From an uncultured Eubacteriales bacterium (GTDB taxonomy: Bacteria; Bacillota; Clostridia; Oscillospirales; Acutalibacteraceae), in NCBI GenBank assembly GCA_900320235.1, contig ONRO01000246.1, positions 1 through 24,206 on the forward strand: a DNA stretch of 24,206 bases, read 5' to 3'. The notes below the pieces were generated by a model. That model ran no database searches and was not told where the DNA came from. It saw only the letters and a program-made list of their open reading frames with translations. Within the stretch, counting starts at the first letter, position 1, and the number at the start of each line of letters is the position of its first letter. The position numbers and the translations under genes are program-made. Shown here in pieces: positions 1-8,369 of the stretch.

Positions 1-1818
1 GATAAGATCCATAACTTCAACACTTCGTGAAATAAAACCTTCAAGTTCAGCAGCAGTAAGCTTTCTCTGACTAATAACAGCGAGATCATAAATATGTCTG
101 CATAAAAGATTCTTCTTATCGTCATCGAGTTCTTCAAGTCTTTTTACTATCGGATTCGCTGTATTAATAATAAGTGTTTCCTTCGCCTTATCATTATTAG
201 CTCCAAACATATCACCATATATTCTGTTCATATCATTAATTCTTCTTTGATATTCATTTATAGTGATAATTGCAGGAGTACCTTCAGTTTTTAAAGCCTG
301 AGTCTTGATTTCAAGTTGATCCATGCCAAGCGCCTGATTAAATAAGCCGATTATATTCTCGTCATTTATCTCAGTATCATTACTGTCTGATTTCAGAGCT
401 TCATCAACATCAGAATCAATTCTTACAAATCTTGTTCCAGACTCTTTGTATTCAAGGAAAGTTACAAAATGAGTATCAATATTATTTTCAAGAATAATAG
501 CATCAATACCATTATCCTTAAAAATTTTGATATACTGAGCCTGTGCATTCATATCAGAAACATAGTAAACTTTATTGTCATCGGTTTTTGGTATTTCTGA
601 GAATGTTCTGAACTCATTTGTAGTGGTTTTATACAGAATGATGTCTTTCATTCTGTCATAAAACTTTTCATCTTTTATACAGCCGAATTTAATAAAGGGA
701 GAGATATCATCCCAATAGCTTTCATATTCTTTTCTTTCATTCTTGAATACACTTACAAGCTTATCAGCAACTTTTTTGGTAATATGTTTTGATATCTTTG
801 CTACCTCACCGTCATTCTGAAGGAAAGAACGGGAAACATTAAGAGGAAGATCCGGACAATCAATTACACCCTTCAGAAGCATAAGGAATTCAGGTACAAC
901 TTCTTTGATATTATCAGCAATATAAACCTGATTAGAGAAAAGCTTGATTTCTCCAGGCATAACCTGAAGCTTATCAGTCTGTTTCGGGAAATAAAGAATT
1001 CCTTTGAGATTAAATGGATAATCAACATTAAGATGAATCCAGAAGAGAGGAAGGTTTATATCAGGAAAAACTTCTCTGTAGAAATCTTCATATTCCTCTG
1101 TTGTACAATCCTTAGGTGCTTTAAGCCAAAGTGGAGTTGTATTATTAACCGGCTTTTCTTCTTTTTCAGTCTCATCTTCCTTTTTATCCTGAACACAAGT
1201 AAAGAATATCTCATACGGCATAAAATGACAATACTTCTTCAAAACTGATCTGAGTTTCATACTGTCACAAAATTCCATACCATCTTCAGATAAATGCATT
1301 ATTACAGATGTTCCTTTTTCGGTTCTCTGACCATCACTGATCTCATAAGTACTGCTTCCGTCACTAACCCAATGTACTGGTGATGCATCCGAAACATAGG
1401 ATAGGGTATCAATTTCAACACTGTCAGAAACCATATATGCAGAATAAAAACCAAGACCAAAATGACCGATTATTCCACCTTCAGCATCAGTTTTATCACT
1501 GTATTTTTCAATAAACTCTTTTGCTCCTGAAAAAGCGACCTGAGTGATATATTTCTCAACTTCATCTTCTGTCATGCCAAGACCATTATCACTGACCGTA
1601 AGGGTTTTCTTATCCTTGTCAAGGATAACATCAATTCTTGGTTTTATTCCATCATTTTCAGTTTCGCCAATTGAACAAAGACTCTGATACTTTTTTATAG
1701 CATCACAGCCATTAGCAATTATTTCTCTCAGGAAAATATCCTTATCAGAATAAAGCCATTTTTTTATTATCGGAAACAGATTTTCCGAATCCACTTTAAT
1801 TTGTCCTTCTTTTTTCAT
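1..1818 (-). CDS. htpG: Hsp90 chaperone HtpG, 3' end truncated by window edge (absent from ORF track because no stop codon is in the window)
   Basis: Manual translation from ATG at 1818 (SD GGAGG): MKKEGQIKVDSENLFPIIKKWLYSDKDIFLREIIANGCDA...DNGLGMT...IIGHFGLGFYSAYMV...DCPDLPLNVSRSFLQ, which are GHKL/Hsp90 motifs. Frame is open to base 1. Confidence 0.96.
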   Translation of the reverse strand, partial: MKKEGQIKVDSENLFPIIKKWLYSDKDIFLREIIANGCDAIKKYQSLCSIGETENDGIKPRIDVILDKDKKTLTVSDNGLGMTEDEVEKYITQVAFSGAKEFIEKYSDKTDAEGGIIGHFGLGFYSAYMVSDSVEIDTLSYVSDASPVHWVSDGSSTYEISDGQRTEKGTSVIMHLSEDGMEFCDSMKLRSVLKKYCHFMPYEIFFTCVQDKKEDETEKEEKPVNNTTPLWLKAPKDCTTEEYEDFYREVFPDINLPLFWIHLNVDYPFNLKGILYFPKQTDKLQVMPGEIKLFSNQVYIADNIKEVVPEFLMLLKGVIDCPDLPLNVSRSFLQNDGEVAKISKHITKKVADKLVSVFKNERKEYESYWDDISPFIKFGCIKDEKFYDRMKDIILYKTTTNEFRTFSEIPKTDDNKVYYVSDMNAQAQYIKIFKDNGIDAIILENNIDTHFVTFLEYKESGTRFVRIDSDVDEALKSDSNDTEINDENIIGLFNQALGMDQLEIKTQALKTEGTPAIITINEYQRRINDMNRIYGDMFGANNDKAKETLIINTANPIVKRLEELDDDKKNLLCRHIYDLAVISQRKLTAAELEGFISRSVEVMDLI

Positions 1819-1902
1819 TTCAAAACCTCCATTTTTTCAGGCGATTGTAAAATATCCAAAAATATCGGAGAGTTTACAATTGTCCGATAATATATATTGT
1901 AT

Positions 1903-1933
1903 CGATCAGAGTAAAAAAGATTTACTCTGATCG
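1903..1933 (-). terminator. Probable intrinsic terminator downstream of ftsK
   Basis: Perfect 13-bp inverted repeat CGATCAGAGTAAA / TTTACTCTGATCG, 10 nt after the ftsK stop. Confidence 0.75.
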
Positions 1934-1943
1934 TGCAATTACG

Positions 1944-4769
1944 TTATTCATCATCTGATACTGAAACATTTCTCTCCATCCATTGCTGATAAGTCATTAA
2001 CACCTGACGAGGCTTAGAACCCTCGTGAGGTCCTACAATACCCATTTGCTCCATTTCATCAATTAGCCTTCCGGCTCTTGCATATCCTACTCTGAAGCGT
2101 CTCTGAAGCATAGATGTAGAAGCCTGACCTGCTTCAACTACACATTTAATTGCATCCTCAATCATCGGATCCATATCAGAGGATGAGGAATCATTATCTT
2201 TATTACCTTTTTTAGGAACAGCGTTTTTTTCAATTTCATCAAGAACCTCCTTATCATATTCGACAACCTTATTCTTCTTGATAAAATCAATTACTCTTTC
2301 AATTTCAGGATCATCCACAAAGCAGCCCTGAACCCTGAGTGGTTTAGTTGTTCCGATAGGGGAGAACAACATATCACCTCGTCCGATAAGCTTTTCAGCT
2401 CCGCCGGTATCAAGTATTGTACGAGAATCGATCTGAGATTTTACAGCAAATGCAATACGACTCGGAACATTTGCTTTGATAAGACCCGTAATTACATCAA
2501 CTGAGGGACGCTGGGTAGCGATAACCAGATGCATACCAGCAGCACGAGCCATCTGAGCAAGACGACAAATAGATTCCTCAACTTCATTAGGTGCAGCCAT
2601 CATAAGATCAGCAAGCTCGTCAATAACAATAACGATCTGCGGCATTTTCTGAAGCTTTTTAGGTTCAATAGGTTTATCAGTATCAATTCCATCTGATTTG
2701 AGCTCTGCCTGAGCCTGTGCGAGCATTTCATCTTCTTCAAATGATCTTTCACTTTCATCAATTGAAATATCATTGGAAAATACTTCTTGGTTCTGCCTGT
2801 CAACAAACCTGTTAAAACTATGCATATCACGGACATTATATTCAGCAAATATTTTATATCTGTTAAGCATTTCATTTACAGCCCAGTTAAGAGCACCAGC
2901 TGCTTTTCTGGGATCAGTCACAACCGGTACAAGAAGATGGGGAATACCATTATACACCCCAAGTTCAACAACTTTAGGATCTATAAGCATAAGCTTTACA
3001 TCGTCAGGACTTGATTTATACAGAAGACTGACAAGCATGGAATTTATACAAACAGACTTACCTGATCCTGTTGAACCAGCAATAAGAAGATGAGGCATTC
3101 TGCTTAGATCAGCAAGAGTAATTTTTCCTGAAATATCCTTACCAAGAGCAACTGTCAGATTACTTTTTGCATTTCTGAATTCCTTTGATTCAAGAAGGTT
3201 CCTCATTTTTACGACACTGACATGTTTATTCGGAACCTCAATACCTACGGCAGATTTTCCAGGAATAGGAGCTTCTATACGTACTCCGGTTGCAGCAAGA
3301 TTCATAGCAATATCATCTGCAAGATTTGTTATTTTGCTGATTTTAACACCTGATGCAGGCTGTAATTCATATCTAGTGATTGAAGGCCCGCGACTGATAT
3401 TAACGATAGAAGTCTGAACTCCGAAACTTTTCAGAGTTTCAACGAGCATTGTACCGCTTTGATTTAACTCAGCAGAAATGTTTCTTTCTTCTTCGTATGG
3501 CTGTGCATCAAGTAAATTAGTAGGGGGTTTAAGATATTGACCTTTCACAAACGAATTATCGGATAAAATTTCAAACTTATCCTTTTGGTCATTGTTTTTC
3601 TCTTTATCTGCCTTTTTCTTATTGCTTTTTGGTTCAAAGAAAGCTTCAACCGACAGATCAGCCTTATCATCGGGAACAAACTGAGGAATATTATTCAATT
3701 CATCAGGATCATATTCCATTCCGTTAAATATCAGATCATCTGCAAATACAGGCTGTTGTTTTTGCTTTTTATCCTTATGAGGAACCGATTCAGGTCTGGG
3801 TTTAGATTTAGGTGCATTTTTTGCCTTAGGTTTAGGTTTTGGCTCAGGCTGAACAGTTGAATTGTTTAAAGGTTCTGCACCCTCATCATTAACCAGTACT
3901 TTATCCGGTTCATAAAAAGGAGTATTCTTGTATCTTCTGAGAGGTTGATCCTCCTTTTTCTTTTTATCAGCAATTTTTTTATCAACCTGTTTTTTTATGT
4001 ATTCCTCTCTGTTGACTTTACGCTGTTTTTCACGTTCTTCAAGCTGTTTTTTTCTTACCTGATTTCTGATCTCCTTATTATCACTAATATTTTCTCCAAT
4101 AACCTTTACAGGTTGTTTAAATGTTTTAAGAAGCTTCATAAAGAAATTGCCAAAGGTAATAAGAAGAAATAATATGAAAAGAATAATTGCAATAAAACCT
4201 CCGCCGGTATGTCCAAAAATCTTTGTAAGGGGAATACCGATCATTGCACCGATTACACCTGCACCGGTATGTGTACTTGAATAAATCAGGCTGTTATGTA
4301 ATTCATCTGCATAGCCGCGCAGAGGATCATCACCAACATTAAAACAGAAAACAGTACTTGCAAGGAAAATAGTAGTCAAACTTAACTGAATAATTTTGGA
4401 TTTATAATTAGGCTTAGGTTCATCTTTTGCATTCTGATATGAAGAATAAATCAGAATCAAAGGAAACATAAATCCAAAAACACCGAATATTCCACAATAA
4501 AGCTCATGTAATGAAAGCCATAGTTTTTCACCAGGCATAAAATACATAAAGGTAAAGAATACAGCCATAATAAATAATATAATGGCAATAATAAACCTTT
4601 TACGCTGTTTTTCCCATTCTGCTCTGGTCTGTGCACGCTTTTTAGCCTCAGCAGCCTTAGATCTTCCTGAAGATTTGCTGTTTGATGAACCAGACTTTTT
4701 TGTCCTTGGTTTAGTATTATGTTTTGCGTCAGGCTTTGCTGAGCCCTTTTTCTGATTAGTAGCGGCCAT
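1944..4769 (-). CDS. ftsK: DNA translocase FtsK/SpoIIIE
   Basis: N-terminal TM helices, Pro/Lys-rich linker, Walker A AGSTGSGKS, LMLIDPKVVEL, Walker B IVIDELADLMM, ATQRPSVDVITG, gamma domain RVGYARAGRLID; SD AGGAGG. Confidence 0.97.
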   Translation of the reverse strand: MAATNQKKGSAKPDAKHNTKPRTKKSGSSNSKSSGRSKAAEAKKRAQTRAEWEKQRKRFIIAIILFIMAVFFTFMYFMPGEKLWLSLHELYCGIFGVFGFMFPLILIYSSYQNAKDEPKPNYKSKIIQLSLTTIFLASTVFCFNVGDDPLRGYADELHNSLIYSSTHTGAGVIGAMIGIPLTKIFGHTGGGFIAIILFILFLLITFGNFFMKLLKTFKQPVKVIGENISDNKEIRNQVRKKQLEEREKQRKVNREEYIKKQVDKKIADKKKKEDQPLRRYKNTPFYEPDKVLVNDEGAEPLNNSTVQPEPKPKPKAKNAPKSKPRPESVPHKDKKQKQQPVFADDLIFNGMEYDPDELNNIPQFVPDDKADLSVEAFFEPKSNKKKADKEKNNDQKDKFEILSDNSFVKGQYLKPPTNLLDAQPYEEERNISAELNQSGTMLVETLKSFGVQTSIVNISRGPSITRYELQPASGVKISKITNLADDIAMNLAATGVRIEAPIPGKSAVGIEVPNKHVSVVKMRNLLESKEFRNAKSNLTVALGKDISGKITLADLSRMPHLLIAGSTGSGKSVCINSMLVSLLYKSSPDDVKLMLIDPKVVELGVYNGIPHLLVPVVTDPRKAAGALNWAVNEMLNRYKIFAEYNVRDMHSFNRFVDRQNQEVFSNDISIDESERSFEEDEMLAQAQAELKSDGIDTDKPIEPKKLQKMPQIVIVIDELADLMMAAPNEVEESICRLAQMARAAGMHLVIATQRPSVDVITGLIKANVPSRIAFAVKSQIDSRTILDTGGAEKLIGRGDMLFSPIGTTKPLRVQGCFVDDPEIERVIDFIKKNKVVEYDKEVLDEIEKNAVPKKGNKDNDSSSSDMDPMIEDAIKCVVEAGQASTSMLQRRFRVGYARAGRLIDEMEQMGIVGPHEGSKPRQVLMTYQQWMERNVSVSDDE

Positions 4770-4898
4770 GATATTCCTCCTTTACATAATAATAACAGCT
4801 TATTTTAGTATTAAAAAAGCCTTGATATAAACTAATATTACAAATATTTTCGGTGTAACTGACCGTTATTATCGGCTTATTATGGCATCATAAAAGAC

Positions 4899-4920
4899 TG
4901 CTCCTTTTTTTGAAAGAGCA
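4899..4920 (-). terminator. Short hairpin followed by GTCTTTT (possible weak terminator) between uppP and ftsK
   Basis: Minus strand UGCUCUUU-CAAAAA-AAGGAGCA, 8 bp with one G-U. Confidence 0.35.
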
Positions 4921-4948
4921 TAATACTCATTAACAAATATTAGAGTTA

Positions 4949-4974
4949 ATCGGGCAACAATAATGCTGCCCGAT
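4949..4974 (-). terminator. GC-rich hairpin immediately after uppP stop (terminator or 3' stabiliser)
   Basis: Minus strand AUCGGGCAGC-AUUAUU-GUUGCCCGAU; the G-U pair forms only on the minus strand; no strong U-tract. Confidence 0.5.
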
Positions 4975-4979
4975 GATAA

Positions 4980-5936
4980 TCAGAATACAAGCGGCTGACC
5001 AGTAAAGAGATTAGTTCCGTTTGTAAGCTCAATAATACTGATTGTTAAAACAGCTGCTCCGACAATTGCTGTATAAATAATAAATACATACATTCTGTCA
5101 GTTTTAAGAAGCCATTTGAAAAGTTTGATTGCAAAGAAACCAACAAACGCTGCGACTATCATTCCTATGATAACTGGAAGGTATTCAATCTGGACAGCCT
5201 GTCCATTTTCTGGAAAAAGAGCATCCTTGCCTTCTAAAAATGCTGCGGCAACAATAGCAGGAGTTCCAAGGAGAAATGAATAATCAAGTGCAGCCTGTTT
5301 ATTTATACCTCTGATCTCACTTGCAACAAGTGTTGAACCAGATCTTGATACTCCGGGGAAGATTGCAGCAAAACACTGAGTAATACCAACTGTTATTGCA
5401 TCGACCACGGTATATTTTTTTCTGCCTGCACCACCGTTTTGAATATTACCCTTTTCTTCGTAGACCTTTTTTGTATGTCTGTTTCTGAGGTCACCGATAA
5501 GAAGTAATAAACTTGTTGTAAGAAGTGAAATACCGACTACGATAAAATAACCACTTTTTGAAAACATATCAGCAAGATCCTTAACTTTCATATCCATGCC
5601 GGGGATAGGAATAAACAGTAAGAATAGTGGAACCAGACCGATAATAAGCATCATTACCATATTTCTTTCCTTATCCATTTTACTCCATTTGAATTTTCCG
5701 GTAAAAATATCTTTGACCATAAGACCAAAAGCCTTAAGAAGACTTGCAATAAGCTTAATATATACACCAAATACTGCAGCAAGAGTACCAATATGAAGCA
5801 TTACAGAGAAGAATAGATTATCTTCCTGCATTCCAAAAACATGCTGAGTAATAGTAAGGTGACCGCTGCTTGATACAGGCAGGAATTCAGTCAGTCCCTG
5901 AATAATACCCTGAACGATAGCACTCAAAATATCCAT
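4980..5936 (-). CDS. uppP: Undecaprenyl-diphosphate phosphatase (BacA family)
   Basis: QGIIQGLTEFLPVSSSGHL and PGVSRSGST signature motifs, multiple TM segments, SD AGGAGG. Confidence 0.96.
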   Translation of the reverse strand: MDILSAIVQGIIQGLTEFLPVSSSGHLTITQHVFGMQEDNLFFSVMLHIGTLAAVFGVYIKLIASLLKAFGLMVKDIFTGKFKWSKMDKERNMVMMLIIGLVPLFLLFIPIPGMDMKVKDLADMFSKSGYFIVVGISLLTTSLLLLIGDLRNRHTKKVYEEKGNIQNGGAGRKKYTVVDAITVGITQCFAAIFPGVSRSGSTLVASEIRGINKQAALDYSFLLGTPAIVAAAFLEGKDALFPENGQAVQIEYLPVIIGMIVAAFVGFFAIKLFKWLLKTDRMYVFIIYTAIVGAAVLTISIIELTNGTNLFTGQPLVF

Positions 5937-5959
5937 AGTTATGTACCTCCTGATAAACC

Positions 5960-5989
5960 ATGCAGAAATACTATAATATATTCCTGCAT
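5960..5989 (-). other. Intergenic mRNA stem-loop between tepA and uppP
   Basis: Minus strand AUGCAGGAAUAU-AUUAUA-GUAUUUCUGCAU, 12 bp with two G-U pairs; no U-tract. Confidence 0.5.
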
Positions 5990-6008
5990 TATAAAAAATA
6001 TTAAAGAT

Positions 6009-6776
6009 TCATCGACTTTTCTTTTTTCCTGTTCTTTGTTTATCGATCATTTTATACAGAGCACACAAAGCCTCATGCAGTGTACCAACCTTATCGATAA
6101 GACCGCATTGTACAGCTTCCTTGCCATCAAGGATAGTACCGATATCCATAACAAGTTCATCCGTATTCATTGCCATTTCATTATACTTTTCAGGATTAAC
6201 TGATGAATTATCTGTAACAAACTTTGTAATTCTTCTCTGCATTCTCTGAAAATACTCAAAAGCCTGAGGAACACCAAGCATAAGCCCATTCATTCTAACG
6301 GGATGAATAGTCATCGTAGCAGACTCAGCGATAAATGATTTTTTAGCAGCAACAGCAATAGGAACACCAATTGAATGTCCGCCGCCAAGAACTAAAGAAA
6401 CTACCGGTTTTGTCATCCCTGCAACAAGTTCGGCAATTGCCAGACCAGCCTCAACATCACCGCCAACAGTATTAAGTATAATCAGCAGACCATCTATTTC
6501 TTCACTTTGTTCTGCAGCAGCAAGCTGAGGAATGATATGCTCATATTTTGTAGTTTTATTCTGAGGTGTCAGAATATAATGTCCTTCGATCTGGCCAATT
6601 ATTGTCAGGCACTGTACGGTATATTTTTCAGTAACAGAAATAATTGATCCGGATTCAATAATAAGATTATTTGAATCTGGAGATAAAGGAGTCTGATTTT
6701 CAATATTTGCTTCTTCCGGATATTCTTCAAAGCTATGACTTTCAGTTTTATTTTTTGCTGTTTTTTTGATACTCAT
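6009..6776 (-). CDS. tepA: ClpP-like protease, TepA family (start moved to ATG 6776)
   Basis: IIGQIEGH...KTTKYEHIIPQL, LNTVGGDVEAGLAIAE, GGGHSIGVP (catalytic Ser), MTIHPVR (His). GGAGG SD lies just upstream of ATG 6776. Located upstream of ftsK/spoIIIE as in Bacillus. Confidence 0.9.
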   Translation of the reverse strand: MSIKKTAKNKTESHSFEEYPEEANIENQTPLSPDSNNLIIESGSIISVTEKYTVQCLTIIGQIEGHYILTPQNKTTKYEHIIPQLAAAEQSEEIDGLLIILNTVGGDVEAGLAIAELVAGMTKPVVSLVLGGGHSIGVPIAVAAKKSFIAESATMTIHPVRMNGLMLGVPQAFEYFQRMQRRITKFVTDNSSVNPEKYNEMAMNTDELVMDIGTILDGKEAVQCGLIDKVGTLHEALCALYKMIDKQRTGKKKSR

Positions 6777-6823
6777 TTTAATCCTCCATAAACGAAGTAA
6801 CAACTCATAACAGCATACATTTA

Positions 6824-6852
6824 AGTATACCATTTTTTTTGAATTACTTCAA
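6824..6852 (-). promoter_or_regulatory. SigmaA-type promoter for tepA-uppP
   Basis: Minus strand TTGAAG-N17-TATACT with extended -10 (TGgTATACT). Confidence 0.6.
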
Positions 6853-6989
6853 GAGTTATTATTATTTTTTATTATTTATAAACTATCAATTATTCTTTTT
6901 TTAATAAGAAAATAATGATTACGATTATTATGTGTTTTGCAGATTTATTTTATTCATAATAATCAGAGAGGTTATCAATAACAAAAAAG

Positions 6990-7038
6990 GCTGTAAATAA
7001 GCTTTCATCTATCCGGATGATTGAAGCTTATTTACAGC
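6990..7038 (-). terminator. Intrinsic terminator of acn-icd
   Basis: 15-bp IR GCTGTAAATAAGCTT / AAGCTTATTTACAGC plus inner TCATC/GATGA, followed on the minus strand by CTTTTTTG. Confidence 0.85.
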
Positions 7039-7051
7039 TAATCAAGTCAAA

Positions 7052-8266
7052 TTATTTAAGAATCTCAGAAAGACGCTTATTGATCTCATCAAGGAATGTT
7101 TCACTATCAACTTTTTTCTTATTTTCAAGTGAAGAAAGAAGGTAGAGATCACCAGTCATAATACCGTCCTCAATAGTATCAATCGTTGCTTTTTCAAGGC
7201 TATCAGCAAAAGCTGAGAGCTTATCATTATTATCAAGCTCGCCTCTTTTGCGAAGAGCACCGCTCCATGCAAAAATAGTAGCAACTGAATTAGTGGAAGT
7301 TGATTCACCCTTGAGATATTTATAGTAATGACGCTGAACTGTACCATGTGCAGCCTCATATTCATAAATTCCATCAGGAGAAACAAGAACAGATGTCATC
7401 ATTGCGAGTGAACCAAATGCAGTTGCAACCATATCTGACATTACGTCACCATCATAGTTTTTACATGCCCAGATATATCCACCGTCAGAACGTACAACTC
7501 TTGCAACAGCATCATCGATAAGGGTGTAGAAATAAGTAATACCAGCTGATTCAAATTTATCCTTATATTCATTTTCAAAGATCTCATTGAAAATATCCTT
7601 AAAACGATGATCATATTTTTTGGAAATAGTATCTTTTGTAGCAAACCAGAGATCCTGTTTTTTATCAAGAGCAAAATTGAAGCAAGCTCTTGCAAAGCTT
7701 CCTATACTCTTATCAATATTATGAAGACCCTGAATTATTCCGTCAGAACCACTAAACTCGTGGATAAGCTGTCTTGTTTCATTTCCATCTTTATCTGTAA
7801 CTACAAGTTCAGCTTTACTGCCGTCAGCAACTACCATTTCAGTATTCTTATATACATCACCATAAGCATGTCGAGCAATTGTAATAGGTTTTTTCCATGT
7901 TGAGATATAGGGAGTGATACCCTTTACAAGAATAGGTGTTCTGAAAACAGTACCATCGAGAATAGCACGAATTGTACCATTCGGCGATTTCCACATTTTC
8001 GTAAGGTTATACTCTTTAACGCGTTCAGCATTTGGTGTAATAGTTGCGCACTTAACAGCAACACCATATTTTTTTGTAGCCTCAGCACTGTCAATAGTAA
8101 CCTGATCCTTAGTTTTTTCTCTGTTCTCAAGTCCAAGATCATAGTACTCACTTTTAAGATCCACAAAAGGAATAATAAGCTTATCCTTGATCATCTTCCA
8201 GAGAACTCTTGTCATCTCGTCTCCGTCCATCTCAACGATAGGCGTTGACATAAGAATTTTTTCCAT
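7052..8266 (-). CDS. icd: NADP-dependent isocitrate dehydrogenase (type II, eukaryote-like subfamily)
   Basis: [66 protein letters not shown]. Confidence 0.96.
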   Translation of the reverse strand: MEKILMSTPIVEMDGDEMTRVLWKMIKDKLIIPFVDLKSEYYDLGLENREKTKDQVTIDSAEATKKYGVAVKCATITPNAERVKEYNLTKMWKSPNGTIRAILDGTVFRTPILVKGITPYISTWKKPITIARHAYGDVYKNTEMVVADGSKAELVVTDKDGNETRQLIHEFSGSDGIIQGLHNIDKSIGSFARACFNFALDKKQDLWFATKDTISKKYDHRFKDIFNEIFENEYKDKFESAGITYFYTLIDDAVARVVRSDGGYIWACKNYDGDVMSDMVATAFGSLAMMTSVLVSPDGIYEYEAAHGTVQRHYYKYLKGESTSTNSVATIFAWSGALRKRGELDNNDKLSAFADSLEKATIDTIEDGIMTGDLYLLSSLENKKKVDSETFLDEINKRLSEILK

Positions 8267-8313
8267 ATTTTACAATCCTTTCAATGAAAAAATCTTTATT
8301 ATTTGCAAATTCT

Positions 8314-8350
8314 TTTAAAGGGCAGATATTATTTCAAACTGCCCTTTAAA
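8314..8350 (-). other. Stem-loop between acn and icd (weak terminator or stabiliser)
   Basis: Perfect 12-bp IR TTTAAAGGGCAG / CTGCCCTTTAAA, 13-nt loop. Confidence 0.6.
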
Positions 8351-8369
8351 GAAAATAATTATTATTTTA

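Noticed and set aside
4880-4906. AAGGAG followed by a 3-codon ORF (ATG ATG CCA TAA) upstream of ftsK on the minus strand
   Set aside because: The SD-like sequence is the 3' arm of a hairpin and is explained by that structure; no independent support for translation
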